This document shows, piece by piece, positions 48,974 through 58,809 of a DNA stretch of 64,000 nucleotides. The notes beneath the pieces were generated by a model. The model had not been told where the DNA came from. It saw only the letters and a program-made list of their open reading frames with translations, and searched no databases. Every line of letters begins with the position of its first letter. The stretch's first letter is position 1. The stretch is from the NCBI GenBank assembly GCA_034434515.1, contig DAOTZA010000084.1, forward strand, positions 7,261-71,260, read 5' to 3'. Both the position numbers and the translations under genes were made by a program. This DNA comes from Anaerolineales bacterium (GTDB lineage Bacteria; Chloroflexota; Anaerolineae; Anaerolineales; UBA4823).

Positions 48974-50720
48974 CTTCTTGCCCTACCAACCTCCGCCATT
49001 TGCCATGAAGTCCATCGTCGGTCACACCGAAAAACCAGCGAAAGCCCTCTGCAGAGCGGCATACCAGATCATAGCGATGTTGACCACGCTTTCCTCGTTT
49101 TGCCAGCAAGCCCAAATTACCCATCCAATGAATCTCATTTGGGTCTTTTGGCAATTTGGAATACATTTCAATGGCATACTGCCACAGCCGCCGGGCGGAT
49201 CTTGAGGTGACATTGCGAACCATATTCCCATTTCTCAGGTCTCGCAAGGTGTAAACGCGTTGTCCGCCGCGCTCGCTCATCGAAACAACTTCCACTCCTG
49301 TTCGAGGGGGTGCTTCCTCTTCGCCAGATGGCTCATATGGCAGCAATCCCTCTCCACTTTGGTCAGATGGTTCGGTCACTTTAGGAGTTATGGAAGGGGC
49401 TAACTGCAAACTTCGCTTGACCAGGTTTACGATTTCATCGCGCACTGCCAGCCCTGTCTCCCCCTCAAAACGGACATAAATTTTATTCTCGTCAAGGGCG
49501 TACGGCGGCTCATCGCCGCGGGGCACGAACACCCGCACAATTTTCTTATTGCCACTTTCCATCGTGTCCAGAGTAAATTGTAGCGGAGGATTGATGCGCT
49601 TGCTAATTTCGCGCTCTAAAATCTGCATTACCGCTTCGCTATCCGCCACGCCGGCGATAGGTTTACGGATGTCACGCCCCACTCCAAGATAGAGTGTGCC
49701 GCCATTGGTATTGGCAAAAGCACATACATCTGCCAGGATGCTATTGAGTTTTCCTCCCCGGGTCTCAAAGGTTTCATAAAAGTCTTGAATGATATTTGGA
49801 CCTTCCTCCTGCAAACTGCGGATCAGGTCATAGGGTGGTTCTTCAGTCACCCGGCGCGGGCGGGTGCGCGTGAAATCCTTGCTTTCAAAGAGTTCTTTAA
49901 GAGCTTCAAAGCTGACTTCCGGGATAAGAACTTCGGTTGGTCGGTCACCCACGCCCAGATGCTTTTTTTTCTGAGGGTCGATTGTCAAACGATGAGCATC
50001 TGATCCCTGGATGCAATGCATCCGTCTGGGATATTCGGGTTTACTGCCGTTAAAGAAGGCTGCCGTAGAATTGCGGCTCTTATTTTCCAAATCGGTCACT
50101 TCTAAGGCGTGTAGATTTTCATCCTGGGTATAAGCGATTTTTGTTTGCCCACCCAGGGGAAATCCACGCATTGCCACGCCATTGCTCGAGTTGGCATGGG
50201 CGGCAATCACAATTCCACCCGCCTGGCGAATCAAACGATAAGCGGTTAATACATCCGCGGTCGCCCCTACGGTCGCCGAGCCAGTATCAAGTTGATCCGA
50301 TGGAATGCGCAGATCCAGCAGTAAATGTTCTATCTCTCGACTGGATTTTTGAGGTGAGAAAATAGCCAAAATATGAAAACCAAATGTAGCGGTGAACTCA
50401 AAGCCAGGCAGAATGAGTATCCTGTCCTTCAAACGTCGATACTCATTCAGACGCTCTTTTTCTTCGGGCAGCAACCGATTTAACCGTTCCAGCAGTTCTA
50501 ACTGCTCAATCTCTTCTTCCAAGCGGCGATAACCGGCAACGGTGTTATGATCTGTGAAAGCAATGATATCCAGTCCACGCGCTTCAGCCCGTTGAAGGAT
50601 ATCCAAAAAAGTGACTTCCATTTGTTGATAATCACTGGAAGCCGGGGTATGAATATGCAAATCAATTGTGCGCCACTGCATGGTGGCGGGAAAACGTTTT
50701 TTGACCACGAATTTATTCAC
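48966..50720 (-). CDS. PHP-domain phosphoesterase fused to an AlbA_2 (Schlafen-like) domain and an uncharacterised basic C-terminal domain
   Basis: 584 aa. PHP metal ligands are DLHIHTP, FTDHNT, GFEFT, AAHANS and GSDAHR, with a coiled-coil insert. The AlbA_2 signature is [15 protein letters not shown]...[30 protein letters not shown]. The C-terminal ~110 aa is R/K/W-rich. Confidence 0.7.
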   Translation of the reverse strand: MNKFVVKKRFPATMQWRTIDLHIHTPASSDYQQMEVTFLDILQRAEARGLDIIAFTDHNTVAGYRRLEEEIEQLELLERLNRLLPEEKERLNEYRRLKDRILILPGFEFTATFGFHILAIFSPQKSSREIEHLLLDLRIPSDQLDTGSATVGATADVLTAYRLIRQAGGIVIAAHANSSNGVAMRGFPLGGQTKIAYTQDENLHALEVTDLENKSRNSTAAFFNGSKPEYPRRMHCIQGSDAHRLTIDPQKKKHLGVGDRPTEVLIPEVSFEALKELFESKDFTRTRPRRVTEEPPYDLIRSLQEEGPNIIQDFYETFETRGGKLNSILADVCAFANTNGGTLYLGVGRDIRKPIAGVADSEAVMQILEREISKRINPPLQFTLDTMESGNKKIVRVFVPRGDEPPYALDENKIYVRFEGETGLAVRDEIVNLVKRSLQLAPSITPKVTEPSDQSGEGLLPYEPSGEEEAPPRTGVEVVSMSERGGQRVYTLRDLRNGNMVRNVTSRSARRLWQYAIEMYSKLPKDPNEIHWMGNLGLLAKRGKRGQHRYDLVCRSAEGFRWFFGVTDDGLHGKWRRLVGQEDE

Positions 50721-51081
50721 TTCCTAATAAATGATGGACTTTCCTCAATAATTCATCGGGCATAAAGGGCTTCATTAAGAAGTCATCCGCGCCTACATTG
50801 ATACTTTCGGATTCTAAAGGCATACCCGATGACATTAGCACTCGAATCGCCTCTCTTTTCGAACGCAATTTCCGCACGAAGGTGAAAGTATCTCGACCAT
50901 GAATATTGACGTCAAGAAAGACTAAGTCAGGCTTCTGTTCGATCAATTGACTCAAAACGGTGTCTTCGGGCTCGATCGAACCCAAAGACACCACCTGGTA
51001 ACCTTCCATGCGCAACAGTTCTCCCAACAAAGTGCGCATTGCTTCGTCATCTTCAATCAGGACTACTTTGGGCGACGACAT
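50713..51081 (-). CDS. stand-alone receiver-domain response regulator
   Basis: The preferred ATG 51081 ([15 protein letters not shown]) overlaps the lon 3' end by 29 nt. D (FLDVNI), S and K (KPF) are present and there is no output domain. Its stop overlaps the next gene start by 8 nt. Confidence 0.75.
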   Translation of the reverse strand: MSSPKVVLIEDDEAMRTLLGELLRMEGYQVVSLGSIEPEDTVLSQLIEQKPDLVFLDVNIHGRDTFTFVRKLRSKREAIRVLMSSGMPLESESINVGADDFLMKPFMPDELLRKVHHLLGSE

Positions 51082-53731
51082 GTTCTTTGGTTTCCTTTCC
51101 CTTGCGCGAGGTTCGCCTTGTCTTTGGCCGGCTTTCTTTTCCATTGCTGCTTGGCTCCTGCTTTTGTTCAACAATCGGCAGGTCCAAAGCTGCTTTCAGG
51201 ACATCGTCAACGGTATCAACAAAGATAAATTGGATCGTTTCCCGCACTTCTTCGGGTAAATCTTCTAAATCCGGTTTGTTTTTCGAAGGTAAAATCACCG
51301 TCCTTAGGCACGAACGATGAGCAGCCAATACTTTTTCCTTGATACCTCCAACGGGCAGGACTTGACCACGCAGGGTGATTTCGCCGGTCATGGCAAGGTC
51401 AGGACGCACAGGTCTATGCGTCAGAAGGGAAACCAAAGCAGTTGCGATGGTGACTCCCGCCGAAGGGCCATCTTTCGGTTGTGCTCCAGAAGGAATGTGC
51501 AGGTGAAGATCAATCTTTTCGAAAATTTTCGGATCAATGCCATAATCCTGAGCCCGTGAGCGAACGAAAGATAAAGCAGCCCGGGCCGATTCTTGCATCA
51601 CATTACCCAAGGAGCCTGTTAATTGAAAGCCTTTAGAGCCAGGCATGGAGGTAGCTTCGATAAACAAGATGTCGCCTCCTACCGGAGTCCAGGCCAAGCC
51701 GGTGGCAACGCCTGGAATCGAAGTCCGTTCGGCGATCTCCTCTGTGTCAAAATACTTCTCTCGTCCCAAAAACTCCTTAACTCGTTCGGCAGTAACTTCA
51801 ACAGAAGTTTCTTTTCCTTCAGAAATACGGGTAACCACCTTGCGGCAAACTGCCCCAATCTCGCGCTCTAAATTGCGCACCCCGGCTTCGCGAGTGTAGG
51901 AGCGAATGATCTTTTCCAGAGCATCATCGGTAAAGGAAATCTCTTCCGGTCGCAAGCCGTTTTCTTTGATCTGGCGTGGGATTAAGTAATGGCGGGCAAT
52001 GGCAATCTTTTCTTTATCGGTGTATCCGGAAAGCTGAATGACCTCCATCCGATCGCGTAAGGGGCCTGGGATGGTTTCCAGGGTGTTGGCAGTAGTGATA
52101 AAGAGGACCTGAGAGAGGTCAAAAGGCACTTCCAGATAGTGATCGCGGAATTCATAATTCTGTTCCGGATCCAACACTTCCAGCAGGGCAGAAGCCGGGT
52201 CTCCATGAAAGTCAAACACTAGCTTATCTACCTCATCCAGCATAAAGACCGGATTACGCGATTCAACCCGGCGTAAGGCTTGAATAATCCTTCCGGGCAT
52301 GGCGCCGATATAGGTCCTCCGATGGCCGCGAATTTCTGCTTCATCGCGCATCCCGCCTAAGGAAATGCGTACAAACTTACGTCCCATCGCCCGTGCGATC
52401 GAACGACCCAGCGAGGTTTTCCCGACTCCAGGAGGTCCAACAAAGCACAAAATTGCACCCTCCCGCACGCGGCGGATTTCATCTTTTTCTGTGCTCTCCG
52501 TTCTATCCTCACCTTCACGGTCGCTCTCTTCTCCTGCTCGTTCCAGACGGCGTTTGCGTACTGCCAGATACTCTAAGATGCGTTCTTTGATGTCCTCCAA
52601 CCCATAGTGATCTTGATCAAGCACCTGACGAGCATGGGCAATATCCAGATTATCCTCGGTGGTTATAGACCATGGCAAACTGACCAGCCAATCCAGATAG
52701 GTTCGAATCACGCCATATTCGGCTGCTGCGGTTGGCAAGCGCGCCAAACGGTCCAGTTCGCGACGGGCTTGTTTTTCTGCCTCTTCAGGCATTTTAGCCG
52801 CTTCGATTTTCTGCCGAAACTCCTCTACCTCCTGCTGCTGTTCATCAGCTTCGCCAAGTTCTTTCTGGATCGCCTTTAATTGTTCACGCAAGAAGTACTC
52901 CCGCTGCACTTTTTCAATCTCAGAGCGGGCTTCATTTTGAATCTTTTGTCCAATCTCCAAAACCTCGATTTCCCGCGCCAAGATACCCACCAGTTTGTGC
53001 AACTTTTGTGAGACGGAATCGAGCTCCAAGATAGCTTCTGCATCACTCAAATCCATGCGTTGGAAATTGGCTATGGTGTAAACGATTTGGAGGGGGTCTT
53101 CCAGCGAAAGAACAGCCGCCACTAGCTCGCGCGGAATCGAGGGAATCATCTCGGCAATGTGTTCAAACTGGGAACGAGCATTGCGCGCTAAGGCTTCGAT
53201 TTCGGTACCTTCTTCGACGGTCTCGGGGCGAAGCTCAATGCGCGCTTTTAAGTAGGGCTCTTCCTGGACGTATTCCGATGTACGGAAGCGCGAAATACCC
53301 TGCACAACAAGACGAATAGTTCCATCTGGAGCGCGGAATAATCGATGCACAATGGCAGCAGTTCCATATTCATATAAATCCGGAGGATTCGGTTGTTCCA
53401 GTTCCGGATTTTTCGATGCCACCAAGCCAATCATGCGCTGTTCAGAGGTGACAACATCATCCACCAGACGAATCGAGCGGGGCTGCCCGATCGTCAACGG
53501 GACAACAGTTTGCGGATAAACCACCAACCCTCTGAGGGGTAAAATTGGCAGGATTTCGGGAATATCTCCTTCGGGTTTGGTTTCCCCATTTAATGGCGTC
53601 GCAGAAGATGATTCACTTTTCTCGGTGTTTTCAGAGCTCGGCGGCAAAATCACTTCGTTGAAGAGGATTTCATCGCCGTCGAAATAGCCAAGCAATTCCA
53701 TCATATCGGTCAACCAACGTGTTGCAGACAT
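51053..53731 (-). CDS. lon: ATP-dependent Lon protease
   Basis: 892 aa. It has a LON N-domain ([13 protein letters not shown]), Walker [10 protein letters not shown] and the protease Ser motif PKDGPSAG. It also has a ~60-aa N-terminal extension and a basic C-terminal tail. Confidence 0.95.
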   Translation of the reverse strand: MSATRWLTDMMELLGYFDGDEILFNEVILPPSSENTEKSESSSATPLNGETKPEGDIPEILPILPLRGLVVYPQTVVPLTIGQPRSIRLVDDVVTSEQRMIGLVASKNPELEQPNPPDLYEYGTAAIVHRLFRAPDGTIRLVVQGISRFRTSEYVQEEPYLKARIELRPETVEEGTEIEALARNARSQFEHIAEMIPSIPRELVAAVLSLEDPLQIVYTIANFQRMDLSDAEAILELDSVSQKLHKLVGILAREIEVLEIGQKIQNEARSEIEKVQREYFLREQLKAIQKELGEADEQQQEVEEFRQKIEAAKMPEEAEKQARRELDRLARLPTAAAEYGVIRTYLDWLVSLPWSITTEDNLDIAHARQVLDQDHYGLEDIKERILEYLAVRKRRLERAGEESDREGEDRTESTEKDEIRRVREGAILCFVGPPGVGKTSLGRSIARAMGRKFVRISLGGMRDEAEIRGHRRTYIGAMPGRIIQALRRVESRNPVFMLDEVDKLVFDFHGDPASALLEVLDPEQNYEFRDHYLEVPFDLSQVLFITTANTLETIPGPLRDRMEVIQLSGYTDKEKIAIARHYLIPRQIKENGLRPEEISFTDDALEKIIRSYTREAGVRNLEREIGAVCRKVVTRISEGKETSVEVTAERVKEFLGREKYFDTEEIAERTSIPGVATGLAWTPVGGDILFIEATSMPGSKGFQLTGSLGNVMQESARAALSFVRSRAQDYGIDPKIFEKIDLHLHIPSGAQPKDGPSAGVTIATALVSLLTHRPVRPDLAMTGEITLRGQVLPVGGIKEKVLAAHRSCLRTVILPSKNKPDLEDLPEEVRETIQFIFVDTVDDVLKAALDLPIVEQKQEPSSNGKESRPKTRRTSRKGKETKEHVVAQSSPD

Positions 53732-53786
53732 GTGTTCCTTTTCGAATTTTCAACCCCAAACAAACGGCTCCGAACGAGAATGGTTC

Positions 53787-54212
53787 TCATTTCCGTATCG
53801 GAATGTGCTGTGGAGCTTTCTTGGGTAAAGTGATCCGCAAGAAGCCCGCCTGATAAACGGCCTCAATTTTTTCAGCGTCTATAGCAAATGGCAACTCTAC
53901 ATCACTGACGAACTCACCAAAACGGATCTCCATTTGGTGATAGGCGCGGCGTTCAGGGGGATCAACCCGCAACCCGCGCACCGATAGATACTTCCCATCC
54001 AGCAAAATTGTGAAGTCGTCTTCACGCATCCCGCCGATTTCAATTCTCACGATGAGTGCTTCTTCGGTCTCATAAACATCGGTCGGCGGCCGCCAGATAT
54101 GCGGCCGCACCGACAGATGCCAGTGAGGCAGTCCCTCACCTAAATGCTGATAGCTCTCTAAAATATATACCCCTGGTTTAGAAATGCTTGACTTTAAATG
54201 CAATTCCAACAT
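53787..54212 (-). CDS. Hsp20/alpha-crystallin small heat-shock protein
   Basis: Alpha-crystallin domain (WRPPTDVYETEEALIVRIEIGGM...GFLRITLPKK). ATG 54212, with GGAGGG 7 nt upstream, is preferred over TTG 54245. Confidence 0.85.
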   Translation of the reverse strand: MLELHLKSSISKPGVYILESYQHLGEGLPHWHLSVRPHIWRPPTDVYETEEALIVRIEIGGMREDDFTILLDGKYLSVRGLRVDPPERRAYHQMEIRFGEFVSDVELPFAIDAEKIEAVYQAGFLRITLPKKAPQHIPIRK

Positions 54213-54248
54213 GCAATGCCCTCCATCCGTCAAAACGACCAGCAACCA

Positions 54249-54773
54249 TCAGCCAAGTGCTGTCCTTGCAGCGGCTAAAACAGCCTCATAATCCGGTTCA
54301 TCCCCAAGGGCCGGCATATAGGCAACATAAGTCAGGACGTCGTTGCGATCGACCACAAAGATTGCGCGCCGCAAGATGCGGAGCTCTTTGATCAAAACGC
54401 CATACTTTTCACCAAATTCCCCGCTCATGTGATCGGATAAGGTCAGAACGCGTTCCACCCCTGCTGCACCGCACCAGTTCTTCAAGGTAAACGGCAAATC
54501 CATACTGATCATCTCAATCACCACCCCATCCCCCAATTTACTGGCTTCTTCGTTGAAGCGGCGGGTTTCGCGGTCACAAACCGAGGTATTCAGACTGGGA
54601 AGTGACCCAATAATGCGTACCTTTCCCTGCGTGTCAGCGATGCCATGCAAGGCTTTCCAGTCCATTGTATGAACCGTAAAATCGGGCGCTGTTTCTCCGA
54701 CTTTCAGATCATCACCGACCACCGTAACGTCATTTTCTTGAAATTTCAGGATTCCCTTTCTTTCTGTAGCCAT
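54249..54773 (-). CDS. tpx: thiol peroxidase
   Basis: ATG 54773 (MATERKGILKFQENDVTVVG). Peroxidatic Cys motif SLPSLNTSVCD. The longer track ORF runs through the tRNA gene and is rejected. Confidence 0.85.
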   Translation of the reverse strand: MATERKGILKFQENDVTVVGDDLKVGETAPDFTVHTMDWKALHGIADTQGKVRIIGSLPSLNTSVCDRETRRFNEEASKLGDGVVIEMISMDLPFTLKNWCGAAGVERVLTLSDHMSGEFGEKYGVLIKELRILRRAIFVVDRNDVLTYVAYMPALGDEPDYEAVLAAARTALG

Positions 54774-54838
54774 TTGATACCATCCTTCGATAACAATAAG
54801 TTTTCTTGATTTGCTCAGCGATTGTTGCTGGCTTCCAG

Positions 54839-54911
54839 CGCCCCAGGCGGGATTCGAACCCACAACCGTTAGCTTAGAAGGCTACTGCTCTGTCCATTGA
54901 GCTACTGGGGC
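54839..54911 (-). tRNA. tRNA-Arg (anticodon UCU)
   Basis: Hand-folded cloverleaf. The acceptor stem is GCCCCAG/CTGGGGC, the D arm GCTC/GAGC, the anticodon loop CTTCTAA and the T arm GTGGG-TTCGAAT-CCCGC. The discriminator is G and no CCA is encoded. There is a G27-A43 mismatch at the top of the anticodon stem. Confidence 0.85.
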
Positions 54912-54939
54912 GTTAAATTAATGTCCTCGTTCTTTATCT

Positions 54940-55377
54940 TCAGGATTCCATTACCGGCCGTAAACCCCGGTAGACGCGGCTCCCCGATAAAACACTCAAA
55001 ATGGTTTGAGCGGGTTTCCCCAGGCGTTCACTCAATTCTATCGGGCTGAGGGGGGTATTGCCGTTCGCCAGAAATACCCGAAAAATTAAATCTACCAGTG
55101 GAGTGCCTGGGGCCAGGAATTCAGGTTGCTTCGCACAGTGTTCGATCAAAAGGTGCTGTAAGCCATTGACCGGTTGCACTTCTGCAGTTTGAGGGTCAAC
55201 CCAATCGATCATTTCATCCGCAAATCCCTCGCTAAACAGCTTTTGATGCTCTGGACACAAAATATTATACAGGTACACGTGCCAGTCACGGTCATTCTGC
55301 TGCCACCACTCGTAATCAATATGAAAGCGAGTCTGAAGGGTAGGTTTTGAGATCAAAGGACGCTTTAGATCGGCCAA
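54940..55377 (-). CDS. hypothetical protein (145 aa)
   Basis: TTG start with a strong GAGGAG 5 nt upstream, 20 nt after the stop of the preceding ORF. No family recognised. Confidence 0.55.
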   Translation of the reverse strand: MADLKRPLISKPTLQTRFHIDYEWWQQNDRDWHVYLYNILCPEHQKLFSEGFADEMIDWVDPQTAEVQPVNGLQHLLIEHCAKQPEFLAPGTPLVDLIFRVFLANGNTPLSPIELSERLGKPAQTILSVLSGSRVYRGLRPVMES

Positions 55378-55397
55378 TTTAACTCCTCGCCAATTTT

Positions 55398-57014
55398 TTA
55401 ATTCTCATCGCCTTCGGTGTAGCGATAATGCTGGTCGCCGACATGCACAAACCACGGCCGTGAGTTCAGCAGGGAGAGGATTGGGCCAGGCGGAGAGCGA
55501 CGCAGGAGATTCACCGCGGCATAAAGTTCACTGGCGTGGGCATGTCCCTGCGGATTTAATTTCGATAACTCCCGCAACATGCTGACAACGGTTTTTTCAA
55601 AGGGAGTTCGCTCTCGCATGTTTTTATCCCAGGCTTCGTCAACCCCTTCGACATCCGGCACCATAATCGCCATCCGTTCATCGAATTGGGCAGTGACGTT
55701 ATGCTTCAACATGGCGAAGACAATTCCTCCATCCGAACCCACCAGCACCGTGCGAACCCATTCTCGCCCAGGTCGGCGAGCCAACCGGGTTAGAATTACT
55801 TCACCAGCTTTCTTACCCCGTTGAACTTTTACAAAACTTCCAGGCATTAGTCCCCGCTTTTCATACCATTCCTTCAGCCCGTAGACATAGCCATAGGTAC
55901 GCACCACCCAAGCCGGAAAGCGCTCATCGGTTTCTCCATCTACAATGGTAAAGCGGATACGCGGCGCTTCATAGGCAGTCGGAAAGAGAAGGCGTGTCTG
56001 CGCCGACAACGGCAAGGTACCCTCGCGCCAATGGGGATAAATCAGGCTGATTTGCGCCTCATCGACTTTGGCAACTCGGTGGGGCGGTGGCGACAATTCA
56101 TCCTGTAAACTCGCTTCTAGCCGCAGCATCTCATCGTTAAAGAGCGAGCGGTCCTCTTCAAGCGGAAAATATTTAAGGTGTAAGGGAGGCTCCAAAACCG
56201 CATCTGGCTCCAGTCGCTTGAGAAACCATAAAACTTCGCCGGCAGCGCCAACCTCATCGAAGCGGGCATCCTCCTGTAAGGCATAATCCATCGAAAATTC
56301 GAGCAGTTTCGGATTGACGGTGCTTTGCAGTTCGATCTGTTCCAGAAGTTTTCCCGTGGGTAGCGGCCCGCCTCCTGCCATGTCCAGAACCGCCTCCGCC
56401 AAATTCAGATGACCGATATTGATATCCACCAAAAGCGCGCGTGGAAACCACCTTCCGGCTATCTGCACAAAATCGGAATGGTCTCGTAAGCCTTCGCTTA
56501 GACGCCGACTGAGCAGGTCTCCATACGTTTCGAGAATAGCCTGTTTATCAAATTGCCCTTCATCTTCTTCAACTTGCGGTGGTCGATTGAGAAGGTGATG
56601 ATCCAGGCCGGCTGCAAATTCACGGGTTTCACCTTGATCGAACTGGACTTTAATGACCTCGAAAGGACCTAAATCCGGATTGCGACCAGGACGAACACCG
56701 ATCACCATCCCTTTTCGCCAGCCGAACGCCGGGAAAACCAGGCGTTGTCCTTCTTGATACCGCTCTTTTGGGAGATAGAGTTCACATCCTTGACTGCGTT
56801 CAAACTCCTGAGCGATTTTCTCCTGCCGGATGCGTTCCTCGACCAATACGGAGAGTAATTCGGCTGTTGTCGATGGCGTTTCGTTTTCTAACAGATAATT
56901 GTATAAAAATTCAATGTCCTGATCCCGCAGTTCAAACTGTTCCCAATAATCCTCTTTTAGGGTTGTCGAAGCAATAACCATCTCTTTCTTGCCTTGTCTA
57001 TATTGAATCGCCAA
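55398..57014 (-). CDS. hypothetical protein (538 aa)
   Basis: Long uninterrupted ORF with no catalytic motif recognised. The start is uncertain: TTG 57014 or ATG 56981. Confidence 0.55.
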   Translation of the reverse strand: MAIQYRQGKKEMVIASTTLKEDYWEQFELRDQDIEFLYNYLLENETPSTTAELLSVLVEERIRQEKIAQEFERSQGCELYLPKERYQEGQRLVFPAFGWRKGMVIGVRPGRNPDLGPFEVIKVQFDQGETREFAAGLDHHLLNRPPQVEEDEGQFDKQAILETYGDLLSRRLSEGLRDHSDFVQIAGRWFPRALLVDINIGHLNLAEAVLDMAGGGPLPTGKLLEQIELQSTVNPKLLEFSMDYALQEDARFDEVGAAGEVLWFLKRLEPDAVLEPPLHLKYFPLEEDRSLFNDEMLRLEASLQDELSPPPHRVAKVDEAQISLIYPHWREGTLPLSAQTRLLFPTAYEAPRIRFTIVDGETDERFPAWVVRTYGYVYGLKEWYEKRGLMPGSFVKVQRGKKAGEVILTRLARRPGREWVRTVLVGSDGGIVFAMLKHNVTAQFDERMAIMVPDVEGVDEAWDKNMRERTPFEKTVVSMLRELSKLNPQGHAHASELYAAVNLLRRSPPGPILSLLNSRPWFVHVGDQHYRYTEGDEN

Positions 57015-57056
57015 ATTTTCCTTTCATTTTCTCCAAAAATTAATTATACTCTATCC

Positions 57057-57398
57057 ATGAGTCAATCTTTCCGCATTCTCGAATTTTTTAGAAAAATCTT
57101 ACAGCAATCCAAAGGGGTTGTCCTCTATCGCTCGAACAACCCGATTCTGTGCAACTTCATTTTAGAGACCCTGCAAGAAAATAACATCCCAGCCTATCTC
57201 TCACAAGAAGCCGTTGGACAGCATATCTATCCGGTCAATATTGGCAAGCTAGCTGAGTCCGAAATCATCGTTGCCCCAAAAGATTTGCCTCAGGCAAAAG
57301 AATGCTTGGAAGCGCTTTTGGCACAGATAGAAGGTAGCGAAATCGAGCAATCCGATGAAGAGAATAACCCCCGATTTTTGGATCAGGGAAAGGTTTGA
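57057..57398 (+). CDS. hypothetical small protein, DUF2007-like (putative signal-transducing fold)
   Basis: ATG 57057. A pattern of alternating beta/alpha segments (VVLYRSNNPILCNFILETLQENNIPAYL...IIVAPKDLPQAKECL) resembles DUF2007. The 3' end overlaps the convergent M23 gene by 16 nt. Confidence 0.4.
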   Translation: MSQSFRILEFFRKILQQSKGVVLYRSNNPILCNFILETLQENNIPAYLSQEAVGQHIYPVNIGKLAESEIIVAPKDLPQAKECLEALLAQIEGSEIEQSDEENNPRFLDQGKV

Positions 57399-58798
57399 CT
57401 GAGCCAGTCCAGCGGGTCTACTTGAACACCATTTACCCAAACCTCAAAATGAAGGTGAGGCCCCTGCGAGCGACCAGTTGAGCCTACCAGACCGATCAAT
57501 TGGCCGGCTTGGACGCGGTCTCCCACCTGAACGTAAATTTCTTTCTGATGGTAGTATCCGGTATAAACTCCCCAACCATGGTCAATCATAGTTGCATTCC
57601 CACGCACGGTTAAGAGACCGGCAAAAACCACAACGCCATCCGCCGGAGCATAGATTTCAACGCCTTCTTTGCCGACAATATCTAAACCGGTGTGAAAGTA
57701 ATCGTAGGTGCCGCCGTTATATGAGCGGCGATTCCCGAAGCGAGAAGACCAGCAATCTCCAGTAGTCAAACAATAATCTTTTGAGAGCGGCGAAGGAAAG
57801 ACAAACTCGCCCTGCCAGTATTTCTGCGGCGTAAAGGCTTGAGCATACGAAGCCCACAATTCATTTTCCGGTTCAGTCACTGCGGGATCGATGGTTTCCG
57901 GGTCCACGGTGAGCGGTTTATCGTAAGGATAATCGACCTTGCCAACATTGACCATCTGAGAGACAGCCAAAAGGGTTGGTTCTGCAGAGGCCAATTGAAT
58001 TTCAAAAGGATATAAGCCTGGCTGCGCCATGGCATGGACACCCACTAATAAGACATATTCTTGAGGAGCTTCTTCCACAAAGGGAATGGTTTGATCCATA
58101 AAACTGGCTTGTAGATTCAAACCTGCTTTCGCCCTAAGGCGAATCACGGCTGTTTTTCCCTGCAAAAAGCGCTGCGGAGAGAAATTGATTTCGGTGAAAG
58201 GACAGGTTAAGGCGCTCAACTCTTCATTGCTAATATCGCCAAGCCCTTGATAGGGTTCGCCTGGTAGGATTTGAATTGTCTGCGTAAGCTGATTTTGAGC
58301 GACCAGTTGCCAGGGGTTGGCCTGGGTTAGGATAGCAAATTCCAATGGGGAGAGATCCGCTGGGAGAAGATAACAAGGCAAGGGAAAGACACCAAGTTGC
58401 TCCTCAGGCAAGACCAATGACGCTCCGACATACAGTTCGTTGGGCGTAATAATATGATTCAGGCGAGCTAATAATTCAAGCGGAATTTGGTACTTGCGGC
58501 TGATCCACTCCAAATTCTCCCCATACGCTAAAGGCAGGCTGGTTAGCCGACCGGAGAACCCTTCCACTGCCGGTATGGTCAATTCCATCCCCACCATGAG
58601 TTGGTTGGGGTTTTGGATATTGTTCACAGCGGCCAGCTCAGTTACCGACACCCGAAAACGTTGCGCAATGCTCCACAACGAGTCGCCTGCCTGCACGAGA
58701 TACGTTGCTCTATCAGCCGGGCTTTGGGCGCTCACCGATAGGATCGGCGCAGCCAGGATAGAAATCAAGATCAACCAGTGTAACCACCTGACAACCAT
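57383..58798 (-). CDS. LysM-domain M23 metallopeptidase (peptidoglycan hydrolase)
   Basis: Signal/TM segment, two LysM repeats (YLVQAGDSLWSIAQRF..., LEWISRKYQIPLELL...), and C-terminal M23 motifs HTGLDI and GPHLHFEV. Confidence 0.85.
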   Translation of the reverse strand: MVVRWLHWLILISILAAPILSVSAQSPADRATYLVQAGDSLWSIAQRFRVSVTELAAVNNIQNPNQLMVGMELTIPAVEGFSGRLTSLPLAYGENLEWISRKYQIPLELLARLNHIITPNELYVGASLVLPEEQLGVFPLPCYLLPADLSPLEFAILTQANPWQLVAQNQLTQTIQILPGEPYQGLGDISNEELSALTCPFTEINFSPQRFLQGKTAVIRLRAKAGLNLQASFMDQTIPFVEEAPQEYVLLVGVHAMAQPGLYPFEIQLASAEPTLLAVSQMVNVGKVDYPYDKPLTVDPETIDPAVTEPENELWASYAQAFTPQKYWQGEFVFPSPLSKDYCLTTGDCWSSRFGNRRSYNGGTYDYFHTGLDIVGKEGVEIYAPADGVVVFAGLLTVRGNATMIDHGWGVYTGYYHQKEIYVQVGDRVQAGQLIGLVGSTGRSQGPHLHFEVWVNGVQVDPLDWLSQTFP

Positions 58799-58809
58799 AT
58801 TTCAACCAC

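Noticed and set aside
53776-53788. Heat-shock operator (CIRCE/HAIR-like) between hsp20 and lon
   Set aside because: Only a short inverted repeat, GAGAA-N3-TTCTC, overlaps the hsp20 stop. No TTAGCACTC-N9-GAGTGCTAA CIRCE element was seen anywhere in the stress block.
54774-54863. N-terminal 30-codon extension of the tpx ORF in the six-frame track (GTG 54863)
   Set aside because: The extension runs straight through the tRNA-Arg gene (54839-54911). The ATG at 54773 gives a normal-length Tpx.
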